Positions 24,401 to 39,800 of a DNA stretch of 64,000 nt are shown here, piece by piece (position 1 is the first letter of the stretch; every line of letters starts with the position of its first letter). A program made the translations under genes and the position numbers. The DNA lies in contig CAIIXF020000001.1 in assembly GCA_903813345.2 (NCBI GenBank), positions 48,608,001 through 48,672,000 of the forward strand. The letters are read 5' to 3'. Origin of the DNA: Owenia fusiformis. Its lineage: Eukaryota. Under the pieces are notes generated by a model, which saw nothing but the letters and a program-made list of their open reading frames with translations, ran no database searches and was not told where the DNA came from.

Positions 24401-27400
24401 TGGGGCATTTGGACTTACTGAACCTAACCATGGTAGTGACCCCAGTAGTATGGAGACTAAAGCCACCTATAATGAGTCCAGTAAAACATACACCCTTAAT
24501 GGAGCGAAGTCATGGTAGGTGACACTGTAGCATATCTTATCTATCATTATGAGCTAGGAATAAGGAGTATTTTTGTGAAAAATGTCACCAGAATATCAAA
24601 AAAATATGTGAAGTGATAGTTTTACAATGTTAATACAAAGATCTTTGATATGTTAAAAAGCCATTACATTTGTCTAGTACTAAAACAGTTAAAATTATTT
24701 TGAACTGAACATGATGGCAAATTGTTGATTTAGCTACTGTACCTGCTTCCTGATTTTAACAGCAGGATACTATGTTTCTCATTGAGTCTTAGCTTGTATT
24801 CATGAATGCAACTAACGGCATCCAGCTTCCAGATAAACCTTCACTTTTATGGGCAGCTCATTTGAATTGAATAGTACGTGTCATTAATCAATTCATATTT
24901 AAATGACTTGGTCAATAGTAGGTTTACCGTGGAGCCAAGAGTCGAAAGTTGCATTGGTGAATATAAGCTTAGTTTCCATTTTTATGCAATTTTAGGATTA
25001 CCAACTCCCCCATTGCAGATGTGTTTATAGTTTGGGCCAAGTCATCAAAAGAAAACAACAGAATCAAAGGTTTTATTCTAGAAAAGGGAATGAAAGGTTT
25101 GTAACATTTCCCAACTTAAAAAGGGTATCTGGGTAATTAAAACAGTAATCAGTATATACACTGTGTGGCATATACATGTACACTTAGTCATAGAATAAGT
25201 AAAATTCTAGGTTCAGGTCTGTGAATTTATACTACATGTATTCACATTTATGAAGAAATAGGTATACCTGCCCTGTTTTTTAAATCATAACAAAGTATGA
25301 AGAAATGGGTGTATTTTTCCTTGTTTTCTCTCTAGAAGCATCCTTTTTGCATCCCATGTTAGATAAAAAGATGAATTGTAACTATTCTTTGTTGAAATTG
25401 AAAAGTCGAAATAATGGCCATTTTGAATCATTTTCTGGAAAAATATAAGTATATCCTAAAGTTAATATTGACCACTTTCCAGCTTTAGTAAAGGAGGTCC
25501 CTGTTTGTATCAAGATTTCTTTATTTTTAGGACTCAGCGCCCCAAAGATTGAAGGCAAGTTTTCACTCAGGGCTAGCATAACAGGGCAGATTGTCATGGA
25601 AGATGTGGAAGTACCTGAAGAGAATCTTCTACCTCATGTGTCAGGTCTAGGTGTAAGTCAGATTCTAATAACACTAGCTTAGTGTTGAAATAAAGGAAGT
25701 GTATGTAGAGCTCAAAATAAATGAATTCAAATGAATGACAAAAAGACTTTCAAATATGAAAATTAGTGAATTTATTGATTGAATTGAATATTGTAAATGC
25801 AAAAAAAAATACAAGAATCTAATCACATATTTTCACATATTTTCGCGAGTGTGTATGACATACTCTAAACTAAGGCAGATTTGTTTCATGGTATTTGGGG
25901 CTTAGTTTCACAATCTTAATGGCAAATGATTAATATACTGCATCACCCAGGCCTATATTCATTTTGATCATGGCATAAACTTAAACTTGTACTATATTTT
26001 GAATTATTTTAGGGTCCATTTGGCTGTCTAAACAATGCCAGGTATGGTATAGCTTGGGGTGCCTTAGGAGCTGCTGAATTTTGCCTGGAGTATGCCAGAC
26101 AGTATACACTTGACAGGTAATGAATGACTTGTTCTGTACATGTTCCATTCAATAATTTATATCCAATTTTTCTTGTTCTATTTATCAGTATTTGCCATAG
26201 TCAAAAACACGAACTCCTATGCAGTGTCTCGGTATAGACACTGCGGCGGGCAGATTATGGAATCCCCAAAATTTGGGGAAGATAGTCCCCCTTTTTGTCA
26301 CAGATGTACTTGTTTTTCACACAACTTATAAAATATATATTCTTTTATGTTCACCAATAATTATTTTGTCAAAATATTACAAAATCAATGAAATATAAGA
26401 GGAAATCCCCGGCGAAGGAATTCTGAGTAAAAGTTGTGTTGATAAAAGTTTACCGCACGTGTTGTTTATTATTAGTTAATACGCGCAATTCAACCAATGA
26501 AATTGTCTAAATTTTACAATCACGCGACCTGAGCATGGGACTAGAACCAATCACGTCAGTTGTTTATTACGATGTTACCATGCTTACGGTGAGATACCTG
26601 CCCGCCGCAGTGATATATCACTGCACGGGAGTTCGTCAAAAACATGGAAAACTGGAGAATTAATTTTTTTCTTTATTTTCTTGTGACTCTTACATAGTAT
26701 TACATGCATTGGAGTAAAAATGAAATTTTTAACTATTTGGGAAAAATTGGATGTGTATTAACTGTTTGATTAACAAACTTAATCGAATCTTTCAGGGTGC
26801 AGTTCCGCAATCCTTTAGCCAGGAACCAGTTGATTCAGAAGAAAATGGCTGATATGCTGACAGAGATTAGTATAGCTCTTCAAGCATGTTTACAAGTAGG
26901 AAGACTCAAGGACCTAAACAAGTGAGGGAACTTATTATTAGTTATTTTATAATACATAGTTCATACTTTGTTCATTTATTATACATAGATTAAAATAATA
27001 GTAAAAAAGTTCGAATGGATTTTCTACTCATTGAATCCATTTAATAAAATAAACAGAATGAACAAAAGTTGAAATTAGCTTGAATACATAGTTGAAGTTT
27101 ATTATCTTCCTAACATATGTTAACAGAATATGTCACATTACAGTAAAACCTTTGCATTAGTAAACAGTACTATAGTGGTACAAAAAGTATTCCTTGTGGG
27201 TAGGTATTCACTACAGAAAGGCTTAATGGAGTATGTTCTGAGAGATTGTTTTCACAAGGGGTAACACTTTTTGGACTGCACCTGAGGGTGACTGAAGATC
27301 TTACCCTAACCCTTCAAGAAATTTGATTGGTTGAAGCAGTTTCAGTCATCTTTGAGATATAAACATCTGTGTTAAACTGTATTTACTTTTTGTTATTATG

Positions 27401-29295
27401 TCCCCACCACATAGTGTGGGGCCATATTGTCGGCCTAGGCGCGTCCGTCTGTCCGTCCGTACGTCCGGCAGTTTTCTCCAAAACCACTACAGATATCACC
27501 TTCAAATTTTCAGGGATAACTTATGAGTGCATACAGATGTGGATGAAAAAAATTTAACTCGATACCTACTTCCTGTCGGCCATTTTGAAGCCAAATGCTA
27601 AAATCCTTGTCTGCAAACTTTAAGAAAAACGGCTTCACAGTTGCTTTTAAAACTTTAACATCTTGTTCAGTTCACTTCATTCTACATCTGATTAGGTTTT
27701 GGACCTGTTAGCTCAGTCATGTCAGCCATTTTGAATGTTTTAAGAAAAGTAAGCGCGCGATAATACTTTGTATCATATTGAATGGTGTTTTTCAGTTTTC
27801 ATACTTTAACTATTTAGTAACTTTATAAAGAATTTCAGGTGTACTTTGTTGTAAAAGCCTATGTTATTGTTAACAGTAGTTATATGTGATAATTTTGTAA
27901 AAAGAAATCGGCAAAAACTTATAATCACTTTTTTATTGTCGGCCATTTTGGATTTTTCCGTCCTAAAATCTTGTCTGTAAGGTCTTGTCTACTCGTTTTC
28001 AGGTGAACCATTTGGTAGATCAATTTCAAATTTTCAGGGATGATTCTTATTATGAAAATCTAGATCTTATAAGTTTTTGAGCATTCTGGGTAAATGTCAA
28101 GGCAGCCATTTTGGATTTTCCATCCTAAAATCTTGTCTGTAAAGTCTTGTCTACGTATTTCCTGGTGAACCGTTTGGTAGATCAATTTCAAATTTTCAGG
28201 AATGATTCATAGTATGAAAATCTAGATCTGATTAGTTTTTGGGCATTCTGGGTAAATGTCAAGGCAGCCATTTTGGATTCTCCGTCCTAAAATCTTGTCT
28301 GTAAAGTCTTGTCTACGTATTTCCAGGTGAACAGTTTGGTAGATCAATTTCAAATTTTCAGGGATGATTCTTAGTATGAAAATCTAGATCTGATTAGTTT
28401 TTTGGCATTCTGGATAAATATCAAGGCAGCCATTTTGGATTTTCCATCTTAAAATCTTGCCCGTAAAGTCTTGTCTACGCGTTTTTAGGTGAACTGTGTG
28501 GTAGAGCAATTTCAAATTTTCAGGGATGATTCTTAGTATGAAAATCTAGATCTGATTAGTTGTTTGGCATTCTGGGTAAATGTCAAGGCAGCAATTGGTT
28601 CGGTAAAGTCTTGTCTACTCATTTTTAGGATAACCATTTGACGGGATCACCCATAGGTGGGGACATTTTGTACACATTTGTGTTCTTGTTAAAATAGTTC
28701 CTAAACCATAATACATTTTCAGGGCCTCACCCGAGATGATTTCTCTGATTAAACGCAACTCATGTGGCAAATCTTTAGAAATTGCCCGAAATGCCCGAGA
28801 TATGCTGGGAGGAAATGGTATTTGCGATGAGTATCACATTATACGACACGTCATGAACCTAGAAGCAGTCAACAGTTACGAAGGTAAGTTCATTATTTAC
28901 TATTTAGTCATACTAAATATATATTTTCAATTTTGGGTCCAATTTTCTAAAAATTAGGCCCAGAATTGAAATAATAAATCCCAGTAATGTCAGTTTGTAA
29001 TCTAAATTGCCCAGTTTATGTGCGGGGAGGATCAGATTTTTGGCCCCAATTGTCTACCACTACATAAACAGTGTACATGCACTGCATACTGTATGTACAT
29101 GTAGCACTCATTGCTACATTATTACATTGATTAATGGAAATATAATCTTGATTGTGACTTATTATGACTCATGATTACTTTCATATTTAATATTTTTATT
29201 TTATCTGTACCTAACTTTCAGGTACCCACGATATTCATGCCTTGATTCTGGGCCGGGCTATAACGGGGATACAGGCATTTACAGCTACAGGATAG
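21402..29295 (+). CDS. GCDH: Glutaryl-CoA dehydrogenase, mitochondrial
   Basis: Firm exons: 23066-23206, 23590-23713, 23944-24053, 24385-24514, 24996-25096, 25531-25652, 26013-26116, 26796-26921, 28723-28883, 29222-29295. Motifs [59 protein letters not shown]. The 5' exons 21402-21469 and 22740-22774 are phase-compatible but tentative. Confidence 0.93.
22173..22436. mobile_element. MITE with CCCGGGGG termini and an 8-bp TSD
   Basis: TIR CCCGGGGGTTCACTCCAA / TTGGAGTGAACCCCCCGGG; ACTATTCT on both sides. Confidence 0.85.
26188..26653. mobile_element. MITE in a GCDH intron
   Basis: Imperfect long inverted ends: ACGAACTCCTATGCAGTG..CACTGCGGCGGGCAG versus CTGCCCGCCGCAGTG..CACTGCACGGGAGTTCGT. Confidence 0.65.
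27394..28690 (+). mobile_element. Helentron-associated (HINE/DINE-1-like) element carrying about 4 copies of a ~162-bp tandem repeat
   Basis: 5' ATGTCCCCACC with its inverted partner GGTGGGGACAT near the 3' end, a (GTCC)n microsatellite, a central tandem array at 27941-28595, and a CTTGTT end. Confidence 0.7.
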
Positions 29296-30818
29296 ACAAC
29301 ACCAGAATCCCCATATGAACATTTTTATGAGGATATTTAATTATGAGGATACTGAATGTTATGTGATTAAACTCAGGCAAGATGGGTTATCCTAATGTTG
29401 AGGACTGAAGCATTTTCGATCAGCATTTTTCACAAGGATCTACTAAAGGGCCTTCATTTTTGGTCTATTTGTTGACATGCAGCGAGATTAACCATTCATG
29501 TACGTGCCAAATTCGTGATTCTGAACGAGCCATTAACTGTAGCACTGCACCCTGTGATCTATAGGAAAAATGGGTGATATTCAACCATTAATATAAATAT
29601 TTATTAAGTTTGTTAAAATTGCAAGCTTTACAGTGAAACTGATGTGGGATCGACACAAATTATTTAATTTAATTTGTTATGATAATCAGGATGGATTGGA
29701 TTTGAACTTATTATATGTAGGAATCTATGTTAAATATAGTTTTGGGGTGAAAGTTGATATTCTGTATTACATAATATTACCAGAGGCAGCTAACTTATTA
29801 TTATTGTAATAATATTATATTACTCAAAAATATATATTTCTTGTAACAAAGAAATATTAAGCATAAATAACAAATAATATAAATGTATTTTAAGAGGAAT
29901 AAAATAAACAGATGTATATACTTTTTGTGTTAAATACATGTCATATGGTATGTAGAACTGCGGTTTATACAATATTAAGCTGTGAAACAGGTATTGCCCG
30001 AACAAAGAATGAAATATTTGTTTTATTATATATTGTTTTAGACATTCTCTACGATCTTTAATTTTCGTCCCGTGCAGTTGTCAGAATTCCCGGGCGGCCA
30101 ATACGCCGGGCAGTACGTCTTTTATATTCTAAAATTTGAGGGCAGCCAATTATATTACACGATTTCTAGCAATGATATAATAAAGGGATATATTTCATGT
30201 TCTGTATAAAACTTCATGGATAACGAATTGATAATAGGTGGTACTAAATATAAACTGTAAGTCTATAAAGAAGGGAATGCCCTATAAAATTAAGAAACAC
30301 TAGAGCAGTTGACAAAATGTTATGAATAGTAAAATCTGAAAATAACCTAATTATTTGTTTATTTTTTATTTAATCACCAATTTCAAACAATTCCGAGAGC
30401 ACATTACACGTAGGAATCATTTTAGTATGAGTTGTCAGGGTTGGTGACCAATTCACCTTAAAGTAATTGACCACTTGAAATATGAATAAGAGAACAAGTA
30501 AAACTAAGACAAAACAATCTGTTTGTTTTCCAATACCTTGAAAGCAAAAGACGTACATTCATTAATTTTGGTTCATAGTGAATATCAGAAAAAATCAATA
30601 TATAAATCAAAGACTATTCCCTGGATTGAGCTTCATTCTATTTACCTGCTCCTTAGTTTGTATTGAACGCTAGTGTAAACACGAGCATAAAAAAGATAGC
30701 TCTGTATTGAATAGAAGCCATATTGAATCAATAGAACAGTAGTGCTACAAAGTACAGGTGTGTAAAAAATCTGTAAAGAAACTCAATCACGTGATGCATC
30801 TAGCAACGAAGGATCAAA

Positions 30819-33800
30819 ATGGCGATGTACTGTGAGGTAAGGGAATAGATATAAAACATATATCGTTTCTTGTTCGTTTGATGTTCAAGTTTTAGGTTGT
30901 ATATAAACTGTTTCTTGGATTTTCCTATCATGCGCACAACCATAAGCAATATTAATGAGCAGTTGAAAGAAGTTGCAATTAATGGTTGTCAATATAAACA
31001 ATGTGGAAATGATGGTTTAAAATATGAATGGTACAAAACATTGATTGAGGCAACAAACACTGAGTATTGCCTATAGATATTCTGATGTACAGTAATGCAC
31101 GTTGGGCATTAATTAAGTTCAATTCGTGTACTGAAAATGTACGAACAGGGGATTGATTGTGACAATGTGCATTGACCATAGGACTTGTAGTGACAACTTT
31201 GATACCAATAGACGCATTACCCTGTAGAATGTAGACACTAGACAGCATCTTCTTTTATATAACATGTTGGGCAACAATTGTGACAATATACATTGTACAC
31301 TGGCCATAGGGATTGATTGTGACAATGTGCACTGATCATAGGACTTGTAGTGACAACTTTGATACCAATAGACGCATTACCCTGTAGAATGTAGACACTA
31401 GACAGCATCTTCTTTTATATAACATGTTGGGCAACGTCGACCTCTAACATCGACTTTCTTGACCATTTGACATGATTCCATTTTCATTTATTTCAGGGCA
31501 CGATAAAACCTAACAATTTTGAAATAAAAGATGCAGATAAGCACTACGAGGGCATCGTTGGTAAACTAAAGAAAGCTTTCGTGGGATTGGGTAAGTTGAA
31601 GATGTACTTAAGTATGTGTGCACTTTGCAATTTGCCCGTGAGTATATGGAACAAGTTAATAATCAATATCTAGTGGGATAACCACGACTTAGGATAAGGG
31701 CACGAACTCTTCTGGGCATTTGAAAGAAAAAATAACTGCACAATATTGTCATGGCGAAATTTACAAAACAATAACCCGTTTGTTTATTTTGCAAATAATA
31801 TTAAAATAAGAGCTGGTTTTCGAGACTTGAAAAAAATGTGACGATTTTGTACCACAAATTCCATACATATCAATTTTTACTAACGCCCCAAATGGATTTC
31901 TTGACCGTTTTTCAAAATTCAAAAACATTTAAGAAATATTGTCCTCAAGATCTTGCTACCCTGAGAATTTTGTAATGATCAGATAAGGATAAAGTATTTT
32001 ATTTTTAGGTTGAATAAACTTGAAAAAAATGTGACGCTTGTCGTTTTTGACGTTGTAAGGCTGTTTGCGCCCTATACTGCTCATTGTTTTGTTTTGGTTT
32101 TTTGACGCCATAATGTTACGCTAATTGTCCCCAGTTTCGTGCGACGTGTAACTATGTACACTTATCGCAGTCTGATTGTGTATACGATAATCATCAAGTA
32201 TAACTAAAACTACGATCCCTACAAGCATATTTGTCCCTCTTTGAACCTGTTTAGGTTTTTATATTATAGGTACAGATGAGAGGAGAGTTATCGAGATTCT
32301 TACCACTCATAGTAATGCCCAGAGACAAGAAATAATCAAACAATTCAAAGCGCAGACTGGGAAAGACCTGGAAGAGGAGGTTAAAGCAGAGCTTGGGGGA
32401 CTCTTTGAAACGCTGGTACTTGCCTTGCTTGTACCATCTAGCAACTTTGATGCTAAATGTATTCACGATGCGATGAAGGTTCGTTTGATTTTATCACTCT
32501 TGGCTCTCTTTTCATGTCCTCCTCCGAATAAAGGGTCTCAGATTGCAGACATCATCCACCGTTTTTATTAGTGCCATCTGTCTTCAAAGACACAACAGAA
32601 GACAGTCACAAATGGATGTCGTCTGCAGAGACTCCTAGGTTCGGAGGATGATTCATTTTGATATATACTTATCGGGATACTTATCAAGTCACTGTCTTGC
32701 AACCGCAATATACGTATTCTCAAACACTTTAATATTATAATAACAATTTCAAGTCTCTCATTACAACTTATGTTTAATATTCTTTCAGTTTGGAACATGT
32801 GAGAAAACCCTTATACAAGTTCTGTGTTCTAAGACTAACAGCGAAATAAAAGCAATAGCAGATGCATACGAAGCAAGTAAGTAATACGCCCCTGACGTAT
32901 TTTTATGATGTAAGATAATGCCTTACTTGCAAGTGACAAAATCACGTGCATATAATTTAAGTGTAAGGGTTCTCTACAAAGCTGAGGTACAAGAACCCCA
33001 AAACATGAGATAATATAAAGTCTAAAACTGAGATCTCTAGATGTGCATTTATTACGACCTATACGTCAGTGTACGTTAAGAAGTGAATATTTGATGTCTA
33101 CGATAATTTAAGACATATACCATGTATACATAAAACCATTTGACTTTTCAGTGTATGATTGTGAGATGGAGGAGGATCTGAAGAGCGATTTGTCTGGGAC
33201 GTTTCAAAACATAATAATATCTATAATACAGGGTAAACGAGCGGATAACATTGAAGTTGACCAAGAACTAGTTGTTAAAGATGCCGAGGAGATATACCAG
33301 GTGAGTTCAGTCAAACAGACTATGAAATAATGATGGACTAGTCAGTGGGTATTTATAGTTCAAATACAATATGAAAGCTGTCACAAAATGGTGGAGCTGC
33401 CAACCTCTCGAATTATTTTGAACTGTATAATGTATATGATATGCCCTTTTATCCTATGCCAAGTAGAGTTTAAGGGAGATAAGTTGGTAAGATATATCCC
33501 GTATCCTGATTTTGAGGTTTCCATATCCAGAACCTCCATATCTCCCGCCATATCTCCCGCTTCGGTGCATATTTTCCCGCTTCCGGTGCATATCTTCCCG
33601 CTTCCGGTGCATATCTTCCCGCTTCCGGTGCATATCTTCCCGCTTCCGGTAATGCAATAAAATGACTTTGCATATAAATGATTTGTTTATTTTTACACCT
33701 TGTACTATTGAAATGGCCATATGCCCCTGAAAACTCTACTTGGTATAGGATAAAGCAGTTATGTACGGTCGGTTTGGATATTGGGTTCATCCCTCGTGAG

Positions 33801-36800
33801 ATATGCACATCTACCTTCAGTCCCTACGGTCCCTCAGGTAGATATGCATATCTCCCTCTGGATAAACCCCATATCCAAAACCTCCCAGTACATAACCCTT
33901 ATTTATCTAAACCGACTTAAGCCGCTTAGCTTCACTCTCTTTCAAAATGATGCAGGTTTTCACCATTCTGAGTACTTTTGAAGTGATGTTTGCCATTTCT
34001 GGACCGAAATTGTCAAAAGTGAACCCCCTTGGAGTTTTTTAAAAAGTGACGAACCTTGGCAAAAGCTGGCTACGGGCGGGCAAGCTTTATGGCTGCCGTA
34101 GCAATCACAAAATCGATATACACTTATCCCTTTATTTCATGTTATCCCTATATTCTGTTTATCCCTATATGCTGCATATCTCTCTCAATATTTGAAGCTA
34201 CGGCCGCCGTACGGTTGCGTAGATCAAAAGTGAACGAGGCTGTAGATTTTAAGAGCTTTTAGGTCTTACAGTTGAACTGAAACTGTGTAAATGCTGTTGA
34301 ACTGTCATATTGTCTACCAAGCCTTTATTCTCAAGACAGCCACTATCGTTCTCGAATTCTCCGGCAGTCCAGAGAGATAGCCACATGTTTAGAGTAGTGT
34401 AACTGTAAATGCTGGTAGTAATTATAGACGAAGCCTTCTGATAAAAGTTTATTGTTTATTGGTATCTTCTAGGCTGGAGAGGCAAATGAAAATGGAACTG
34501 ATGAGTACAAGTTCAACAAGGTTCTCAGTCTTAGGAGCCGCGCTCATATGAATGCGGTGTTTGACCAATACAAAAAGATAGCTGGTAAAGAAATTGAACA
34601 AACCTTGGATTATGAGGCACAGCTGATAGCACAACCAGACACCAGAGATGCTTTCAAAGCAATATGTAAGTAATGTAATGGCCTACTAACTAATGGGTTT
34701 ATCATATCTACATTTTATTTGAAATTCAAGTGAATCCGAGGAGAAAGCTTAGCCATGACTGCTACATAAAAGGTTGTGAATGAACTAAAAAAGATCCATG
34801 TAAAAACTAACCACCATCTGTGTCACATGGGTCATTTCCAAATAAAATGGTGCATGTATAAAATAATATTTGAATTTTTGTCAACTATACAAATACGCTA
34901 GATGATGAATTGATACAAATGATTGATGATTGATTACAAATATGTGGTCCCGGGTTTGTGGTTTTGTTTTGACATATCTCGTTTCCAGTCAATTTCAGTA
35001 AGTCGCGATTGCGAACAAACTAAATCTGTTTTGAGTATCGATTTTGTGAAATCTTTTCTTCATTCAAGATATCGCTAAACGGTGTGGGACTTCATGTTTC
35101 ATTTCATTTCCTTTCCTAGGTGCATATGCCAGGAATCCACTTACGTATTTTGCGACCTGTCTCCATGAAAGCTTGGCTGGAATTGGTACAGACGATAGTG
35201 CCCTGATACGTCTTATTGTGGACCACAGTGAGGTATGTATTCACTGCTAACCGGTCCCCAAGACAAGTCGTTTCCAAGACAACTCATCACAAAAGTCATC
35301 TGCAGAAACCATTTTAAATCCATAACCCAAATATAGCAAATACTCAATCAGGGGCGACAAGGGGTCATATAAAATAGAGAGTATAATTTGTTCACACTAG
35401 CCATCCCCTCCCAAAAGTTTTCTGTCTAAATTGTGACATCATATACAGGGTGACCCAAAAGAAATGCAACCCTCCATTTCTTCAATATTTTTCTTAAATG
35501 GAGGTAAATTGCTCTGAGATTTGGCACACAAGGACTTCATTCAATGTGGGATCCTCTGGCAAAGTTTTAATAGATAGAGTTATGGTTGTTTAAAATATGC
35601 TCCAGATGTCGTCAATTTCGCTGAAAACAAACTTGCAATGTTCAAGGAAAACTGTTCATAACACGGATGCATTCTTCTCCATGGATATGGCTAAAGTCTT
35701 TGCAGCCATTGCTTGTTGGAGTTCTGCAATTGCAGTAGGGTTATTTTCATACACATTATCCTTTAAATAACCCCATATATAGAACATTCAAAACCAATAA
35801 ATGTTAAAAATGAGTATTTTTCATGTAATTGAAAATAGCTAGAATTAAAATGATTTTTTCTCATTGTTTTATGTATTTTAAAATAAAATGCCTTTATCTA
35901 GATTCGGTTAGCATACTTATTGATTATTCCGGTTGTAAATAACTTTGATAACTCGCGAATAAGTTGTGAATTTCGTGAATTTTGTTGATGTAACGGGACA
36001 ACACGCCCGTGAAAACATGTCATATCTCACTTAAAAATGGTCGCATCTTTTCATTTTGGTTCTGTTGGCATAGAACACATTCAGTCAGAGTGTGATGACA
36101 GCAGTGTATTTGCTTCTCACCTACTACCGATTATATGTACCCATTATAGTATATGTAAAATTTATTCTGTGAAAAACGTCACGGTCCTTAAAACAGGCCC
36201 AGGCGGCAGAAGGGAAACTCGAGATAAATAAATTGTCCGTGGTTATCAAGTCTTCAGTTCAGTTTATCAGACCATTGTGTTACAAATCGTGATAATAGTT
36301 GTGATTGAATGAAAATGAGCATGATCTGAAAAATTCTGAAAAATCACCGTTTTGCTTGTGAAAAACGACCATGATGTTACTCATATATTGACAGTAGTCT
36401 TGTTGGAAATGGGACACATTTCAAGAAAAACAATGTGTCCACTCCATCATAAAATAAAAGGATTTTCGAAATAGCCAGCATTACCCCATCTATGAACTGA
36501 TATTTTGCGAAACTGTGACAAACGTCACGCGTGAAAAACGTCACGGTTATAGCATTGAACTCAAAGCAGTAATACGCCATTTTTATAAATCACAGATGGA
36601 TTGGTTTAATTTTATATGATGACCCATATTCTTAAAACACAAGTTTAACAGTTATTCAGTAATTACGCATAAAACTCAATTCATAGACAAGGAAACGATA
36701 ACGGCTAACGAATTTGCCCTTTTGTAAATGTACTTTTTACATTTTATACGTCTTTACAATAATATGTAACATGCAAACAAATGACAAGTTATTTGGGAAT

Positions 36801-39800
36801 TCCGTAAGCATAATTTATCGGAAAAGTCATAACAAAAAATGTAATATGAAGACCATTAAAGCCCAAAATAGTTGACCCTCAGTAAATAACGTTTCGTTCA
36901 GTGTATTCCCGGGGATCGCTGAAATCAATCATAAAGTCCCTTAATATTTGCATTCTGATTTCTTTTCAATGGATGCAATCATTATTAATGGAGAACAGCA
37001 TAAACCGAAACCCCTAGTTAAGTTATATGAACGATTACAGCTTTTCAACGATGTTTTTGTGTTATAATTAATTTTTATTTCAATTCCATTTGCACGATCT
37101 GTATATGATCTGTAATATTTAATATGCCTTCGCAAAACGCAATTCGTTGGAAAAGAAAATGTAAGGCAAGCAATGCAAAAATACACTCCTCTTTGAAATA
37201 TATCGCCAACCGACAACAAAAAGAAATAGGAAACACAAAATGCAAGCTTCGAGAATGGAGGCAACAAAGCGAGATTAATTCTTTCAAGGTTCTCTTTCTC
37301 TCAAACAAAACCGGGGTAACGCATTGCACTGAACATTAAACTTCCAGAAAACAGGAAAGAATTGAGTTTATGCTTAGAGTTATGTGATGTGATATCAGAA
37401 ACCGTTGAAAAAGTATCGAGTCTGACAAAAAATTCGTTCTAGCTAGGACTGCCGACTTAACTCAGCTCGAATGAAGCAAAACACAACAATAAGAACGTTT
37501 TCAGTTGCCATAAAAATGTCCTTGTGATGAGATCGGGGCATCGAGGAAGCGCTCCGCAGACCAAAAGAAAAATTTCATATTCACAGTCCAGCATCCTCCG
37601 ATCAAAGGGCTTCAAAATTCAGAATATATTCTTTCTTACGTATTCTGAATACCTGCTTAGGAGGATGCAGTCCAGATGATTTTCATGCTTTGGCTACGTC
37701 AGACTTAAAAAGTCAGCAATATCATTCTTATTTCTTTCAAATGATTACGTACAATCAAGTAGATGTAACAGATTTTAAATGAAAAAGTCTCTCTTGAAAT
37801 TTGAAATCTTTAAAAAGGACTTTTCTGATGCATGATTGAATGCCGTTAATGTCATTTGGGATGAACATGTATGGTTGCCCTGCTGCTTGTGGTGCATGCA
37901 GAAAAGACTTCACTACGTCACCCTGCAGCTGGTCTACACCCATAGTAAAAGTTTCTCAAATTGTAAAAACAAATCGAAATCAAAGTGTCTTGCCTCATAT
38001 ACTATTAGAGATTAAAAGAGAACTAGGGTGATTGCAATTGGGTGCTTGACAACATGGCATTTGCACCATCGATATAAAATGTAAAAGTGCTGGTTTCTTG
38101 AATCAGTTAAAGGTTTGGGTTAAGTTGATTTAAAAAAGATAATGTGGTGTGCACATAGTTATTGAAAATAGAAAAGATGTGCTCAGTACATGTAAACTAT
38201 GATTGCATATGAGTCCACATACATGTATGTCACACGTACGTAACTGCTTTTTCCTTGGAGATAGTGAAACACGGCACGATTGTGCTATTCACTGATTCAC
38301 GGTTTATGTCGAGTTTTGACGGAAAATTAAACATAAATGTGATAATATAAGACACAAATACAAACTTGTTTCTCAATTCAGCTAGCTATAGTCATCGAAA
38401 ATGCCCATTCGTGAATTAGGACTTCTCTTAAGTGAACATATAACTCATTGTCATTTGTTTCCAATTTTCTTGTGAAAATCGACACGCAGAAAAAGGTGAA
38501 CCAGCCTAATGATCAATGCTTCCCAAATAATTTTTTTTATCATTTTTCTATTCGTCTAAAGCATCATTTTTCATGATCGAATCGATTCATTTTTCAATAG
38601 GGTTGACCCCTTTCAATTTTACTCAGATAAAAAACACAACGTATGAAAAAAATCGAGAAAAATGATGGATTCGGATGTTTCATGTTGATAAGGGATGCAC
38701 ATCAAAAGGGAAATACTGATAGTCCAAATTCATTTATATTTTCAAAGGACAGTAGAGTAGCATAAGGAAAGCCATTGACTTTTTGAAAATGCTGCATTCT
38801 AATGTGAATATCTTGGCATATTAATCACGGACTGAAAATGTGAAAATCGTCACGTTTGAGACGGGCCCTAATTTCAATTTGAAATTCCACCTATTGTTCC
38901 TCGGAGTTTACTTCTATGCTTTGGGTAACGTGTGTATAAATGTATATAGATACATACTACATGTCTATTTGAAAAAATAATTTTAATGCTTTTTTGAATT
39001 TTTAACAAAATTTGTTTCACACTTAAAGTGTGCGCCTGACCCGGCTACGTATAGCACAGAGTTTATACTGGCGGATTAGACTAGTTCATTTTTTATATGT
39101 GTGTGAAAGCTTTCTCTTATTTGCGTTTTTTCGTTTAGTACGGTTTTTTATAATTGCCGAGGTCATATAACCGGGATAAAACAATGATTATCGTTGACTG
39201 CCCACACACAAAACATACGTTGAGTGAACAGTGTTATTACAAACAACAGGCTTTAGAATACAAAGCGTAGTGCGATAATAAGCTGTACACTACCACTGCT
39301 GCATGTACATATTACTAATTTACTAGGGCTCCCAAAGAGTGGATAGGGAGGTTGTGTTTGTCACTTTTAAATTTTACATTTCAAAATTGTCATTTTACAT
39401 GTCATAATTTGTTGGTTTCATTCGTTTAGCCAATCAAAACATTGTAAAACAATAAATCGTCTGTTACGTATAATCAATTTTGTTCAGTTTTGATTAGTTG
39501 TAAGAATAAAGTTACGTTCATCTGAATCCATGTATCAAAACAAAAATCCTATTTTTACTTCAAAATACTTCAGTGAGATGAAGGCTCGGAATTGTCACAT
39601 GCAATAACTTATTGTCGTATTCGTTATTTTATCTTCTCGATAGTAGCATTTAGTCGCACATTTGATGCCAGGTCACCCTGTCGCGTACCTCTTGGGAAAC
39701 CCCACATTTATGTGTGTACTCATGGAAGTAAATTCCCGGTGTAGCCGAGAGCCACAAACTTTTCAACAGGTTCGAAATGACCAATTTCTCTCATATATAC

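Noticed and set aside
33388..33981. ORFs with HIFPLPV / REDMHRK / APEAGRY repeats
   Set aside because: Translations of a 21-bp repeat inside an intronic MITE.
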